Shown here: piece by piece, positions 14,325-27,737 of the stretch
Numbering within the stretch: the first letter of the stretch is position 1
How the letters are laid out: every line of letters starts with the position of its first letter
Assembly: GCA_951406725.2 (NCBI GenBank)
Contig: OX597819.1
Location: forward strand, 128,464,001-128,528,000
Length of the DNA stretch: 64,000 nucleotides
Direction: 5' to 3'
DNA from: Octopus vulgaris
Lineage: Eukaryota
Made by a program: the position numbers and the translations under genes
Notes under the pieces: generated by a model
The model's input: only the letters and a program-made list of their open reading frames with translations
Told to the model about the DNA's origin: nothing
Database searches by the model: none

Positions 14325-14560
14325 ATCTATCTATCTATCTATCCGCTCAGTCGACGTCGACCTTCGGTTACTCGATGGATCAGTGTCCTCCAGTCAGTTC
14401 TATCCTGGGCCGCTTCTTTCAGATTGGCTATGTCCATTCCGGTATCACTCTTGATGGTGTCAAGCCAGCGGGTTCTTGGTCGGCCTCTTCCTCTCTTGCC
14501 ACTGACCATTCCGAGCATGATGTCCTTCTCCAGGGATTTTCTCCGCATAATATGACCAAA
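14325..14560 (-). mobile_element. RTE-clade (BovB-like) LINE 3' end, 5'-truncated
   Basis: The intact C-terminal ORF SLEKDIMLGMVSGKRGRGRPRTRWLDTIK...AAQDRTDWRTLIHRVTEGRRRL is followed by a (GATA)n tail. Confidence 0.9.
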
Positions 14561-14653
14561 ATGTATATTATATATTTTGTGAAATTTGATTTAGTATTTC
14601 TAAATTGATTTTTTTTCCCAGTAAATTAGGAATAATATTCCCTCAAATAATAA

Positions 14654-14694
<41 letters not shown>

Positions 14695-15148
14695 AAAATA
14701 CCTTATAAGCTCTCTGATAGAACACCAGGCAAGCAATACTGTTTAGATTAGTGAAGGGTGTCCGAGGTTAAAGTACATCACTATTCTATAAAGTAAATCC
14801 ATGGTTGTGTTCCAGATATACTGGATTTTACACAGAGTGATATACAAGACAAGGCATGGTCATTACATATTTATTGTAGTAAATTTGATTTACAAATGTT
14901 TCCAGTGGTAATTATAAGCTCGTTATTGACAGGTCAAATTAGTGACTACTGGAAATATATATAGAGAGAGATAGATATGATATGTGCGTGTGCGTGTGTG
15001 TGTGTAAGAGGGCAGCAGTGTCAAATTCCTTCCTTCACCAAAAGCCAATTGCATAAGAAAGGCCGTTCAAAATTGTGATTATACTGGTGGTGCTCCAGTA
15101 TGGCCACAGTCATTGGACTGAAACGCATAAAAGAATAAAAGAATGTAT

Positions 15149-15475
15149 TCTTTTACTCTTTTACTCTTTTACTTGTTTCAGTCATTTGGCTGTGGCCATG
15201 CTGGAGCACCGCCTTTAGTCGAGCAAATCGACCCCAGGACTTATTCTTTGTTAGCCTAGTACTTATTCTATCGGTCGCTTTTGCCGAACCGCTAAGTTAT
15301 GGGGACGTAAACATACCAGCATCGGTTGTCGAGTGATGTTGGGGGGACAAACACAGACACACAAACATACACACACAGACACATATACATACATATATAC
15401 GACGGGCTTCTTTCAGTTTCCGTCTACCAAATCCACTCACAAGGCTTTGGTTGGCCCAAGGCTATAGTAGAAGAC
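15149..15475 (-). mobile_element. SINE family B, 5'-truncated
   Basis: Reverse complement of 12570-12902, including the tail. Confidence 0.9.
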
Positions 15476-15479
15476 GATT

Positions 15480-16240
15480 GTGAGTTACAGATGGTCCCAT
15501 AACATTTTGGGCATTACTCCTTCATCAGAAAAGAAGAGACAGAAAAAAGTGAATGTAAAAGCGATAAGTAATTACTAAATTACGCAATAATGATTACAGC
15601 AACAACAGCGATAATAATACTCCTTGTTACCATAGGTACAAGGCCTGCAATTTGTGATGGGGGAATAGTCGATTACATCGACCGCAGTACTCGACTGGTA
15701 CTTTATTTATCGGTCTCGAAAGGATGAAAGACAAAGTCAAACAGTGGATAAAAGACATGGAAAGAAGGTATGTGGTCAGAAAGTAGGATGGGAAAAGTTG
15801 TTTTCTAGGAGGAGTTTAGAAGAGAGAGCCGGGCAGGCGTGTGTTTGTCTGGATCCGAGCATAAAGTGGGGGGATTGTTTGTTGTGTGAGTTGGTGTAAC
15901 TTATGTATGTGCATAGTTACTTATGTATGTGTAAGAGTGGAAGATTAATGACGTTGATTATTGGAGTGAGAGTATGTTGGTGAGTGTATATTTTACTGTA
16001 GGATGTGTAGAGTGAAAATGTATATTTGAGAGTATGAGAGCCGGAGGCGAAGACTGAGGGTGTCAAAGAAGCTTATAGGTTAGTAAGGCCTGAGTGTAAG
16101 GGGTTAATTGTTTGTATGCAAGTGTGTGAACAAAAGCATGTGGTGGTGTTCGGGAGTAAAACATTATTCTAGGCGTGCGATTATGAGAGACAATGAATTT
16201 TGAGAAAGTCGAATTCGAAGATGAGACAACTTGGTTTCAT
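15480..16240 (-). mobile_element. Degenerate Penelope-like fragment interrupted by a SINE-A piece (15615-15740)
   Basis: The reverse complement of 16185-16240 resembles 3520-3570. A decayed CTGATGAAGGAG motif lies on the minus strand at about 15517-15528. Confidence 0.4.
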
Positions 16241-16242
16241 AC

Positions 16243-16273
<31 letters not shown>

Positions 16274-16289
16274 GACAAATGTTTAAACG

Positions 16290-17660
<1,371 letters not shown>

Positions 17661-18013
17661 TAAATGCATATATTGATTTAATAGTTATACAACATATGCT
17701 ATTTCCACACTGTTTTTTTTTTGCGTATGGGCACCTGGTGTATGTGTGCGTATATGTATTCACACACGTAACTGAGTGTGCGTGTGTGTATGCGCATGCG
17801 TGTGCGTGTGCGTGCGCGCGCGTTTCTTGGCTGAATGATCTTCGAGGTATTAGATTTTGTACACAACTGAGTAAATATTATATAAGTCTGGTGTTTGTTT
17901 GGAGCTATATAAAGAAGGTTTAAACCTTTCGTTGTTTACCCCGAATGAAAATATATTGAATCACGAACTGGAAATGTCTTTTGTTTATTCGATGCCATCC
18001 TCGCCTGTTACAG

Positions 18014-18053
18014 GAATCCGAGTATTCTGGCTAAACTGAAGCTAATCGAATAA
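18014..18053 (+). CDS. Candidate terminal coding exon (R)NPSILAKLKLIE*
   Basis: The acceptor gccatcctcgcctgttacag|G lies in unique sequence and is phase-compatible with 7193-7351. The exon is very short and could be chance. Confidence 0.2.
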
Positions 18054-18245
18054 CTTTACGCTTTCTAGTTGGGGTTGGAGCGGGTATTTCTAAACCGCTC
18101 CATCTACCTCTGCAGCTAAATACCTATGTCTCTCTCACACTCTCTAACTATCTATCTATCTATCTATCTATCTATCTCTATCTCTCTCTGTTTCTCTCTC
18201 TCCTTAGTAAACGTAGACATACACACACGCGCATTCGCCAGATAA

Positions 18246-18287
<42 letters not shown>

Positions 18288-18363
18288 GGATGGATAGATA
18301 AAGATTTATATTTGTACATATACATGTGTGCGCATGTATGTACGTATGCATGTATATGTATAA

Positions 18364-18411
<48 letters not shown>

Positions 18412-18468
18412 TATATAATTTGTTAAAATGTGTGTGTATATATATGTATATATATAATTTGTAAAAAG

Positions 18469-18511
<43 letters not shown>

Positions 18512-18566
18512 ATTGTATGCATATGCATATATTCTTGTATATTATAAACTTATTCTATTTAATATC

Positions 18567-18601
<35 letters not shown>

Positions 18602-18764
18602 GCACGCACGCATGCACACACGCACACTCACATCGTATGTGGATGCACATAGCTGGGTGGTTAAGGTGTTAGACAAAAGTAAAGTTAAGATTTCGATTCC
18701 TGGACCGGCAGGTGCGTTATTTTGCTGAGCAAAACTCATTTCACGTTGCTTCATGTATATACAT

Positions 18765-18932
18765 ATATACGACGGGCTTCTTTCAGTTTCCGTCTACCAA
18801 ATACACTCACGAGGCTTTGGTCGGCCCGAGGCTATAGTAGGAGACACTTGCCCAAGTTGTCACGCAGTGGGAATGAACACGGAACCATGAGGTTGGTAAG
18901 CAAGCTACTTACCACTCAGCCACTCCTGCTCC
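18765..18932 (-). mobile_element. SINE family B, 5' half
   Basis: Reverse complement of the family B head. Confidence 0.88.
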
Positions 18933-19260
18933 TACTTATTTATCTATTTTGATATTTTTATATATTTTTATAAATACTCACACACACACACACACATAGA
19001 ATGCGTCTCACCTGTTTGTTTTTTCTTACCACAAACGAATTCTTTATACATACGCAACATAGAAAGAATTAATTCTTTAAAAAATCCTTATTCCACTCTA
19101 AATGTGTTGTTCTCAGCTTATCAGTGTGCACGTACATGCAGCGGCATGTATACCCGAATGCATGTACGGCGTATGTCCATACATTCTGAGTGTATACAAT
19201 ATAATAAAGAATACATATATACATACATACATACATCCACGTTCGTGTGTGTGCTTTCCA

Positions 19261-19357
19261 CATTGATCAACACCAGTGGTCTGTTTTAGCCGCTGACCAT
19301 GAAGCCTGGCGTCTTACTGTCCACCGAGCAATAACCTCCTTTGAAGACACCCGCTAG
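19261..19357 (+). mobile_element. RTE-type LINE ORF C-terminal fragment
   Basis: It translates as IDQHQWSVLAADHEAWRLTVHRAITSFEDTR, matching the typical RTE tail W..LA.DR..WR. Confidence 0.65.
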
Positions 19358-19737
19358 ACTATATTCAAGTTTTCGCTTTTTCCATACGTTTATTTTAGAT
19401 TTCCATTTTAGATTTTACAATTGATTTGGAACAACGGAGTTTCTAAATTCATATTCGATATTTCTAGACTTTCCCAGTCTCATTTTCAGGAACAGAATTA
19501 CACGTTCAGTTTCTGAAAATATATTTTGCTTCTTATACACTGAAAATACACACATGTGCGCGCGTTTGTGTGTGAAGGGAGGGAGGGGTGTTGTTCCAAG
19601 ATATACGAGGGACTACCCAAAAAAACCTGGAATTTTGCAATATTATTTCATTCACTTAGTTTTACAAGTTTACATTTTCATCGCCTTCAAAGAATTCTCC
19701 ATTTGAAGCACTGCACCGATCCAGACATATATATATG

Positions 19738-19996
19738 GGCACAGACACAACTGGATGGTAAGAATTTTCTTTCCAAACCACATGGTTCCGGGTTCAGTCC
19801 CACTGCATGGCACCTTGGCCAAGTGTTTTCTTCTATAGCCTCGGACCGACCATAGCCTTGTGAGTAAATTTGGTCGACGGAAACTACAAGAAACCCATCG
19901 TACATATATGTATATCTGTGTGTGTGTGTTTTTGTGTCTGTGTTTGTTCTCCTAGCACCGTTTGACAACCGGTGTTGGCGTGTTTACGTGCCTGTC
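19738..19996 (+). mobile_element. SINE family B, diverged
   Basis: ccacatggttccgggttcagtcccactgc... matches the 12482 copy. Confidence 0.85.
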
Positions 19997-20059
19997 ATTC
20001 GGCAGCTAAACACTCAGTTTTGAGGTGTTATGTAAGTGTAATGTTTAGGTTAAGGTTCA

Positions 20060-20356
20060 GGCGCAATGGCCCAATGGTTAGGGTAGCGGACTTGCGGTCG
20101 TAGGATCGCGGTTTCGATTCCCGGACCGGGCGTTGTGAGTGTTTATTGAGCGAAAACACCTAGAGCTCCACGAGATTCCGGTACGGGGTGGTGACGATCC
20201 ATGTTGTACTCTTTCGCCACAACTTTCTCTCACTCTTTCTTCTGTTGGCCTGCTCACTTAGCCAGCAGGGTGGCGTCATTTGAAAGCTAAAACAATACGA
20301 AGCGCATTGTGACCAGCGATGTGTAGCAACATCTGATAGCCTGGTCGGTCACGGTG
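20060..20356 (+). mobile_element. tRNA-derived SINE family C
   Basis: The head is tggcccaatggttaggg...gtttcgattccc. It is flanked by a duplicated atgtaagtgtaatgt (20030 and 20357). A second copy lies at 57250. Confidence 0.88.
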
Positions 20357-20844
20357 ATGTAAGTGTAATGTAAGTGTGATATTGTTGAAGAAGGTTTTGT
20401 TGTGTGTGTTTTTCTTCTTTTTTTGCCCCAAAACACCTACCTGCTATTAGAGCAGTTTGATCAGAATTACCAGAGTTTATTTGCAATAAATGCAGCAGAA
20501 GTAGTGCCAAATATCCAGTCTTCAATACTAATAAAAAATTATAATAAAAGTATAATAATAAAAAAGTAATAAAAGAAAGACATACTAACACGGAGATATA
20601 AACAAGACATTTATTCTATAAAATCATAAGATATACATAAGAAAATATAAATGGATATTTGAGATGAGAATTAAACAGAAAAAAAAAAACAAAGAATTAT
20701 TAAAATGTATTGCATTTTTGAATGGGACCTTCTCAATCACTAAGTATAACTAGTCAGTTGAGGAGGTCGTTATTTACATTGCACAGTGTAATTGAATGCT
20801 ACCTTATTGTGTATCAAGATCATCATTACTGTCATAATTATATC

Positions 20845-21143
20845 ATTGTTGTATTTAGGAATGGTCATTTTGCCAGTTTAGCCAATAAAAACACATGCAC
20901 TATATATTTGGTGTTACTTTGCTTCAGCGTTATTTACTTTTTACATTAATTTTAATCTTATTTTGGCCAGAGTTCTTTCGTCACACTTCTGTGACCTCAT
21001 CAGTGGTCCTTTGCTTTCTGGCTGAAATAAGATTAAGATTAATGTAAGAAGTAAATAACGCTGAAGCAAAGTAACACCAAATATATAGTGCGTGTGTTTT
21101 TATTGGCTAAACTGGCAACATGACCATTCCTAAATACAACAAT
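20845..21143. mobile_element. Inverted repeat (about 119-bp arms) enclosing a hammerhead-like motif; Penelope-like pLTR remnant
   Basis: 20845-20963 pairs with 21025-21143 with a few mismatches, and the spacer holds a hammerhead core. Confidence 0.7.
20965..21009 (-). ncRNA. Minimal type I hammerhead ribozyme-like motif
   Basis: The minus strand reads GGACCA-CTGATGA-G-GTCACA gaag TGTGAC-GAAA-GAAC-TC-TGGCC: the core boxes, a 6-bp stem II, a very short stem III and a bulged stem I. Confidence 0.55.
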
Positions 21144-21702
21144 ATCTGTTTCAACACACGATTTCACATAAAAAATCTTGCAAAACAAATATATAAATGT
21201 AATATATTATTGTCAATATCGTCAAAGAAACATATAAACTATTACAGAAAGACAAATTTGTTATTGTCGAGAACAGAATACTGAAAGTGTTTGGCAGGAC
21301 AAAAAAAAAAGGAATAAAGACAATAGGAAACAGGTAAACCATTATCAGAATGCACAAGCTCATCAGAATCACCATCACTTTCAGAAAGATTCAAAGAAAT
21401 TCTCTAATAGCAAAAGGATCACAGACTTGATGTTTGGAAATATGTCTGCATGTGAATGTCTTTGAAATTGTGTAAATATTTATCACATGAGGAAAATGTT
21501 ATTTACAAAAGTATAATTATATACTTAAAGTCATGCCAAATTCCATAGTAACATTCTTTAGATATATAAATATAATTTGGTCTCACAAATTCTCATGCAA
21601 TGTTGATTTAATTTCTGCTTTATACACACACACACACACACATGCACAGATACATGTTGCAAACATACATTCTTAATGTTATGTGCACAGAACCATTATA
21701 TA

Positions 21703-21934
21703 TTTCTTTAATGCCCACAAGGGGCTAAACATAGAGGGGACAAACAAGGACAGACAAAGGGATTAAGTCGATTACATCGACCCCCAGTGTGTAACTGGTG
21801 CTTAATTTATCGACCCCGAAAGGATGAAAGGCAAATTCGACCTCGGCGGAATTTGAACTCAGAACGTAACGACAGACGAAATACCGCTAAGCATTTCGCC
21901 CGGCGTGCTAACATTTCTGCCAGATCGCTGCCTT
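21703..21934 (-). mobile_element. SINE family A, full length, with a TSD of about 21 bp
   Basis: The flanks read tgtgcacagaaccattatata and tgtacacaaaaccattatata. Confidence 0.92.
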
Positions 21935-21990
21935 TGTACACAAAACCATTATATACATACAATTCATCACAGGTGTTTTATTTATATATA

Positions 21991-22822
21991 CAAGGGTGGG
22001 CTGATAAGTTCATAGGCTGACTAAGGAGTTATCATACAGTAATTAAACTTGGCATGTATTAAATTCAATCTTTACTGATGCTAACAGCATAATTTCTTTC
22101 CAGATAAACCCACATTGGATTCAGAATTAAAGCACTTAGAAAAGTGGTAGAGACATTTTGTGAAAATGGATAAAATTTGGCACCATGGTGTTATCAAATA
22201 TCCGCAGAAAAAGGGGTTAGACCACAAGAACATTCATGCTGACATGGGTGTTACATTAGGGGATGATGCTCCAGCTTTATCAACTGTGCAAAAGTGGGCA
22301 GCTGAATTCAAGAGGGGTAGGGAGATTCTTGAAGAGGACCCAAGGTCCAGACGTCCTGCCACAGCCACCGCCCAAGAAAGCATTGACATGTTCACCAGAT
22401 AGTGATGGATGACATACATTTAAATGTTAATCAGATAGCAAATAGGGTCCTGCTTCACCAGGACAATGCTCCTGCACACAAGTCCGTGGTTGCAATGGCT
22501 GCTGTGTGCAACTGTGGCTTTGAACTGGTTGATCACCCTCCTCCATATTCTCCAGATTTGGCACCATCTGACTGTTTTCTGTTCCTCAATATGAAAAGCG
22601 CTTGGCTGGGAAGCAGTATCGGACCAGTGATAAGGTCATATCCACTGCTGACTTTTTTGAGGGTCAGGATGAGAGCTTCCATACCATGGGAATTCAAGTG
22701 CTGCAACACTGATGGAAGAAGCATATGGACCACAGGGGGGACTGTGTTGAAAAATAAAACATATTTGGTCAAGATCAACCATTGCATCGGGGTCAGCCTA
22801 TGAACTTTTTAGCCAACCTTCA
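21991..22822 (+). mobile_element. Internally deleted mariner (DD34D) element with both TIRs and a TA TSD
   Basis: The TIRs are caagggtgggctgataagttcataggctgac and gtcagcctatgaactttttagccaaccttca. The N-terminal HTH (VQKWAAEFKRGR..LEEDPRSRRP) is joined to LLHQDNAPAH...HPPPYSPDLAPSD. Confidence 0.93.
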
Positions 22823-23869
22823 TATACATATTTAAAATGTTTTCGTGTCACTCTGTCTATCCTAAATTTTGAATACAAATGTTCCACAGAACCAACTTTA
22901 TCAGAACCATTTAGGAATTTCAATGACCAACCAGCAGAAATAGTGAGGAATGGCAAAAAAAAATCAGTTGCTTTTATTGATTTCAAGTTTGTTCTAGAAC
23001 TTTCTTTTTTTTTTGACATAGCAGCTTCATAATGGGAAAGTGAGTCAGATCACTTGTTCTGGTGTGGTAGAATTAATTTGTTACTCTGATTAATACTGAA
23101 ATGTGACACCTGAAGTGACATTAATTGCACCCAGTGTGAAGGTGATGTGATATCTTGTTACACTACTTTCAGCAACAGGATAACACACACACACACACAC
23201 ACACACACATGGTAGCTTCTCTCTGCCTTTCCTCATTCCAGAATCCCAAGGAAAAATAGTTATGGCAGTTGCCGTACCTTCTCTAATTAAAAAATAATAA
23301 TGAAACCTATTGTAGACAAGAGATAAAAAGTAACAATCTTTAAATGCACAGAGCAAAATGAAAGCCATATAGTATTTATTCTGCTCTTGATGTTCTGAGT
23401 TCAAATCCTGCCAAGCTTACTTTGTATTGTTTTTTTTTCTTTTTCAAGGCTGATGAAATATATAAACCCCAATCTAGAATTGGAGTTCATCTTGACTACC
23501 AATCAGTGTCAACACACAACAGGTTAGCATAGTCCAGTAGAGCCATACATGTATTAATCAAGTAAAAGTGAATATTTGTATGGTTAGTTAAATGATACAT
23601 CAATGGCAATTTGCACAGAAAAGTCATCAACAATTTTTTTACGGTATCTTTTTTAAGGGGGTTCTGCTTTTTAGAGAAAGGGTAACATGTAAGAGTGACT
23701 GATAGTGTGTTTGTATGCTATGCTGATAGTAATATATAGTGTTACTCATAAACAATTGATGCAACACTTTGATATTAATTCACTTGTCATCAATTTCCCA
23801 GTTACACTTCTACTTGTTTCAGTCATTTGACTGTGGCCATGCTGGAGCACCACCTTTAATAATAATAAT

Positions 23870-24096
23870 AATAATAATCCCTTCTACTGGAAGTACAACA
23901 CTTCAAATTTGGGGAAAGGGATTAAGTCGATTGCATTGACCCCAGTGCATAACTGGTACTAATTTTATTGACTCCTAAAGGATGAAAGACAAAGTTGACC
24001 TTGGCGGAATTTGAACTCAGAACATAGCCACAGGCGAAATACAACTGCTAAGCATATTGCCCGGCGTGCTAACGATTCTGCCAGCTCACCACCTTG
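23870..24096 (-). mobile_element. SINE family A variant with a (TAA)n tail, CpG-decayed
   Basis: Reverse complement of the family A core with CG>TG/CA changes. Confidence 0.8.
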
Positions 24097-24207
24097 GGTG
24101 AGGATTTCAATTCAACTATACTATATTAATCAATTACATTACAACATCAAAGGTACATTATTGAATGTGTCTCTATCACAATTTTTCAAGACAACAAAAT
24201 GATTTAA

Positions 24208-24425
24208 CCCTTTTGTTACTAACCTGGCCAAAATCGGCTCTGGCTCTGTGGTAAAATGTCTTGTTTTCATAAATTTTGAATTAAAATCTTCCACCAAACC
24301 TTAGTCACAATTTATGTTCCTAACACCAGCTGAAAGATAACTAAGTTATTTTACTAAATTCTTTGTCATATTTAAAATAATTGAAAGAAACAGAGCATCT
24401 CAAAATAAATACAGTAACGAAAGGG
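24208..24425. mobile_element. piggyBac-type MITE
   Basis: TTAA|ccctttt.gttact ... agtaacgaaaggg|TTAA. Confidence 0.8.
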
Positions 24426-24527
24426 TTAAAGATTTAATTGCTATTTCTAGCAGGTTAAATGAACATGTACTACTCACAGAAAAACTTGATCCTTGATTTG
24501 AAGTGAGTTTATTATACTCGTTCTGTT

Positions 24528-24579
24528 AAAGTCCTTCATGTTATCTCAGTCTTCAGCCTGAGATAACATGAAGGACTTT
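24528..24579. repeat. Perfect hairpin with a 22-bp stem and an 8-nt loop
   Basis: aaagtccttcatgttatctcag tcttcagc ctgagataacatgaaggacttt. Confidence 0.92.
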
Positions 24580-24719
24580 TGCTACTTTTATTGTTCTTGC
24601 AGCAGGGATCAAATCTCATTAAGGACATCTGAGAGTCAATAAAATAAATACCACTGAAATACAATAGACCTCTTGTATCAGCTACACTCCACTTTTGTTA
24701 AAATATATACATATATTAA

Positions 24720-25185
24720 AGGCGGAAAGCTGGCAGAAATGTTAACACGCCAGGCGAAATGCGAAGCCGTTTTTCATCTTGTTACATTCCAAGTTCAAAT
24801 TCCTCTGAGGTCGACTTTGCCTCTCATCTTTTCGGGATCGATAAATTAAGTACCTATTTCTTTACTACCCACAAGAAGCTAAACACAGAGAGGACAAACA
24901 AGGGTAGACAAACGGATTAAGTCGATTATATCGACCCCAGTGCATAACTGGTACTTATTTAATCGACCCTGAAAGGATGAAAGGCAAAGTCGACCTCAGC
25001 GAAATTTGAACTCAGAATGTAGCGGCAGACGAAATACCACTAAGCATTTTGCCTGGCGTGCTAACGATTCTGCCAGCTCACCACCTTGATAAATTAAGTA
25101 CCAGTTATGCACTGGGATCGATGTAATCGACTTAACCCCTTTGTCTGTCCTGTCTGTTTTTAGCCCCTTGTGGGTAGTAAAAAAA
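24720..25185. mobile_element. SINE A (+) interrupted by an antisense SINE A (24855-25087)
   Basis: The 15-bp TSD gataaattaagtacc occurs at 24840-24854 and 25088-25102. Confidence 0.9.
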
Positions 25186-25560
25186 TATATATACCTATAT
25201 TATAATGTACCTATAATGTAAATCAAAATTGTTGAGGGTAATTACAGGTAGTTCTTGAATAGTCCACAGTTTCAGTTTCATTTCTTAATTAAAACAATTT
25301 GAAGTCTTCATTTCAGTTTGATTTGGTGAGAAATGACTAGAATTTTTAATAATTGAAAACAAAAACCTATCATCAAAATAAATCCAAACAATCCTGCATT
25401 TGATCAACATTTGGCTATTTTTGAACCTAGTAAAATAGGATCCAATAAAACCAGGTATTGACAGGAAGAAAAACAAAATACAGGCTGGTCTGAAAGGCTT
25501 GTTACCCCCTACATATTGTCATTATCATCAGTATTATCTGTTTTAGTAATATAATATGTA

Positions 25561-26012
25561 CCACACTTCACTCTGCTATCACTGTCCGGGAATACCTAAA
25601 TGAAGATTTTCGGGATAGATGGATAGGGGTAAGAATCACAACCACTTCTGGCACCTGTTGATTGACCTACCAGAAGTCTAGACCTCACGTCTTGCGATAA
25701 CGCTCTGTGGGGTATTATCAAGGAGAGAGTTTCACATGAATGATACCGGAATATCCATCAGTTGAAGGACGCCATTCGGAGAGCCTTTGCAACAATCACT
25801 GAAGCACAGTTTTGCAAAATTTCACACAGGACATGGCGCCACGTCATTTTGTGCCACAAAAATGGGGTTCATACTGACCTTTTCGATGTGTGACAGCGTC
25901 AATGAAAGTGAATAAACTGAATCCAGTTCATGCTTTGGATTACGGCATTATTAGTTCTTCTATTGTTCTCATTACTTTTTGTAGAGAGTAACAAGACTTT
26001 CGGACCACTCTG
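25561..26012 (+). mobile_element. Degenerate Tc1/mariner-superfamily transposase C-terminus with right end
   Basis: It reads VREYLNEDFRDRWIG ... *PTRSLDLTSCDNALWGIIKERV, a WPPRSPDL-type motif, and ends ...ggaccactctg|TA. Confidence 0.8.
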
Positions 26013-26104
26013 TATGTGTAGCGTTATCTATTACTGATCCCAGATAACATGGTATGCTTAATTGTGGACAATGTTATACCTTTCATGGGTTGATTTGTAA
26101 TAAT

Positions 26105-26446
26105 TGAGACCCCCTTCGGTCATGACTGACCGTGGGATTGCACCTAGAAAGTTACCCTCCGAGGCGCAAGTCCGGGCAGGGTTGTTTATGGAAGACCAGC
26201 AGTCGCCCATGCATACCGGCCTCCCCTCTCTATGCCCCCAGTGTTATCCAAGGGAAAGGCAAAGGGGCCGATACAGCTTGGCACCTGTGACGTCGCAAGT
26301 CATTTCTACAGCTGAGGGAAATAACTGGAGCAACGTGAAATAAAGTGTCTTGCTCAAGAACACAACACACAGCCCGGTCTGGGATTCGAACTCACAACAT
26401 CACAATCATAAGCTCGACGCTCTAACCACTGAGCCATGCACCTTCA
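26105..26446 (-). mobile_element. tRNA-derived SINE family D with a 14-bp TSD
   Basis: The minus-strand head is tggctcagtggttagagc...gagttcgaatccc. The TSD is tgatt(tg/tc)taataat at 26091 and 26447. A second copy lies at 52050-52390. Confidence 0.9.
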
Positions 26447-26659
26447 TGATTTCTAATAATACAGGTCAGTAATCAGTCCAAGGTTCTTCTTGATTGCAAA
26501 AACAACCTAGTGACCTCCCACAATGTTCAGCTACAGGAATGCATTGACTGTTACCTATGATTACATGCTTGTACTGCAAGACTGCATATTGTTTTTATAT
26601 GGATTTACGTACTTGTACCCCTCTATATGAAACCGGTGAACAGAAAAATACGAAGGTAC

Positions 26660-26810
26660 CTGACCCTAATAAACATCACAGGTCAGTATATTCCCAAGAG
26701 GAAACGGTAGAGATAATCAAGAAAATAGAGGACAATGATAGCTTCACTGCTGTGAGCCACAAGTTTGGTGCCAATAAAGCTACCATTAGTTCCATTTGCA
26801 AAGTGAGGGG
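26660..26810 (+). mobile_element. pogo/Tigger transposase N-terminal HTH remnant
   Basis: KHHRSVYSQEETVEIIKKIEDNDSFTAVSHKFGANKATISSICK resembles the CENP-B/psq-type HTH. Confidence 0.65.
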
Positions 26811-27731
26811 AGAGGATTCATTTATCAGGGGGCTTTTGTTGGGGCGGAGGACCAAACCTCTGCAATAAACAAGGATAGGTATACAAATAATTCAAACAGT
26901 GGAACAAGTTTTATGCCACGAGGCAGAAGAGAAATTAACCTTTTGGGTGCTTAACCTTCTCCAGAAAAAGAAAGTTTTTTTCTCACTTTTGCCACTAAAA
27001 GCCAGATGCCCAAACATAAGATATCTTCCTCTGAACTATTTATACATATGCTACCATCTATCATCCCTTTAACTCACCATAAGAACCTCTACATGGCCAC
27101 TCAACCTACACGAAATAGCAGCTAAAGTAACTCTCGAATTACACTTATTTTAAAAAATTGAAAAGATACACTAATTAATGTAATCCTAAATTATGTCTAC
27201 AAAAATAGGAGAAAAAAAAGAGATTGTGATAGTGAAGATGAAAATCTGCTCTCAAGTAAGACAGACCTGAAATTCTACAACTGTCCTTCGTTAGTAAAAA
27301 TGTCTCTCGTCAAACAATGAAGCACTGACTAATAAGTGATCAATCCTTCTAATATAATATAGGATCAAAGACCAGTTCTCAAAACCTATAAAAGGGGCTA
27401 AATTTAAAAACGAAACAGCCTGCATGTGGTCTTTGACCTGTTAGAACTAACAGCCAAATCTCTTCTAAAATAACACCATACTGTCTTGAAAACAAAAAAG
27501 GAAGGAAGAGCATATTGGATGTCATCTGAAGAGGAAAGACGTTCTCAGCTAGAATGTCTTTGATGGTATGTGATAATAAGTCTGCTGGTCAATTAGGGCT
27601 AACTCAGGGCTATACAACAACCACCAACAGTGTTGAACTAAATTTGGGGTTACACTAATGTCCCTTTCTCTCACTCACATGCGCAATTTTGAAATTGCAA
27701 AGGCACAAAACAAAGACACCTTAATTACGAA

Positions 27732-27737
27732 TTTATT
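27732..27737 (-). promoter_or_regulatory. Candidate polyadenylation signal for MELK
   Basis: Plus-strand tttatt is AATAAA on the minus strand, with a GU/U-rich downstream element starting about 12 nt further on. Confidence 0.45.
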
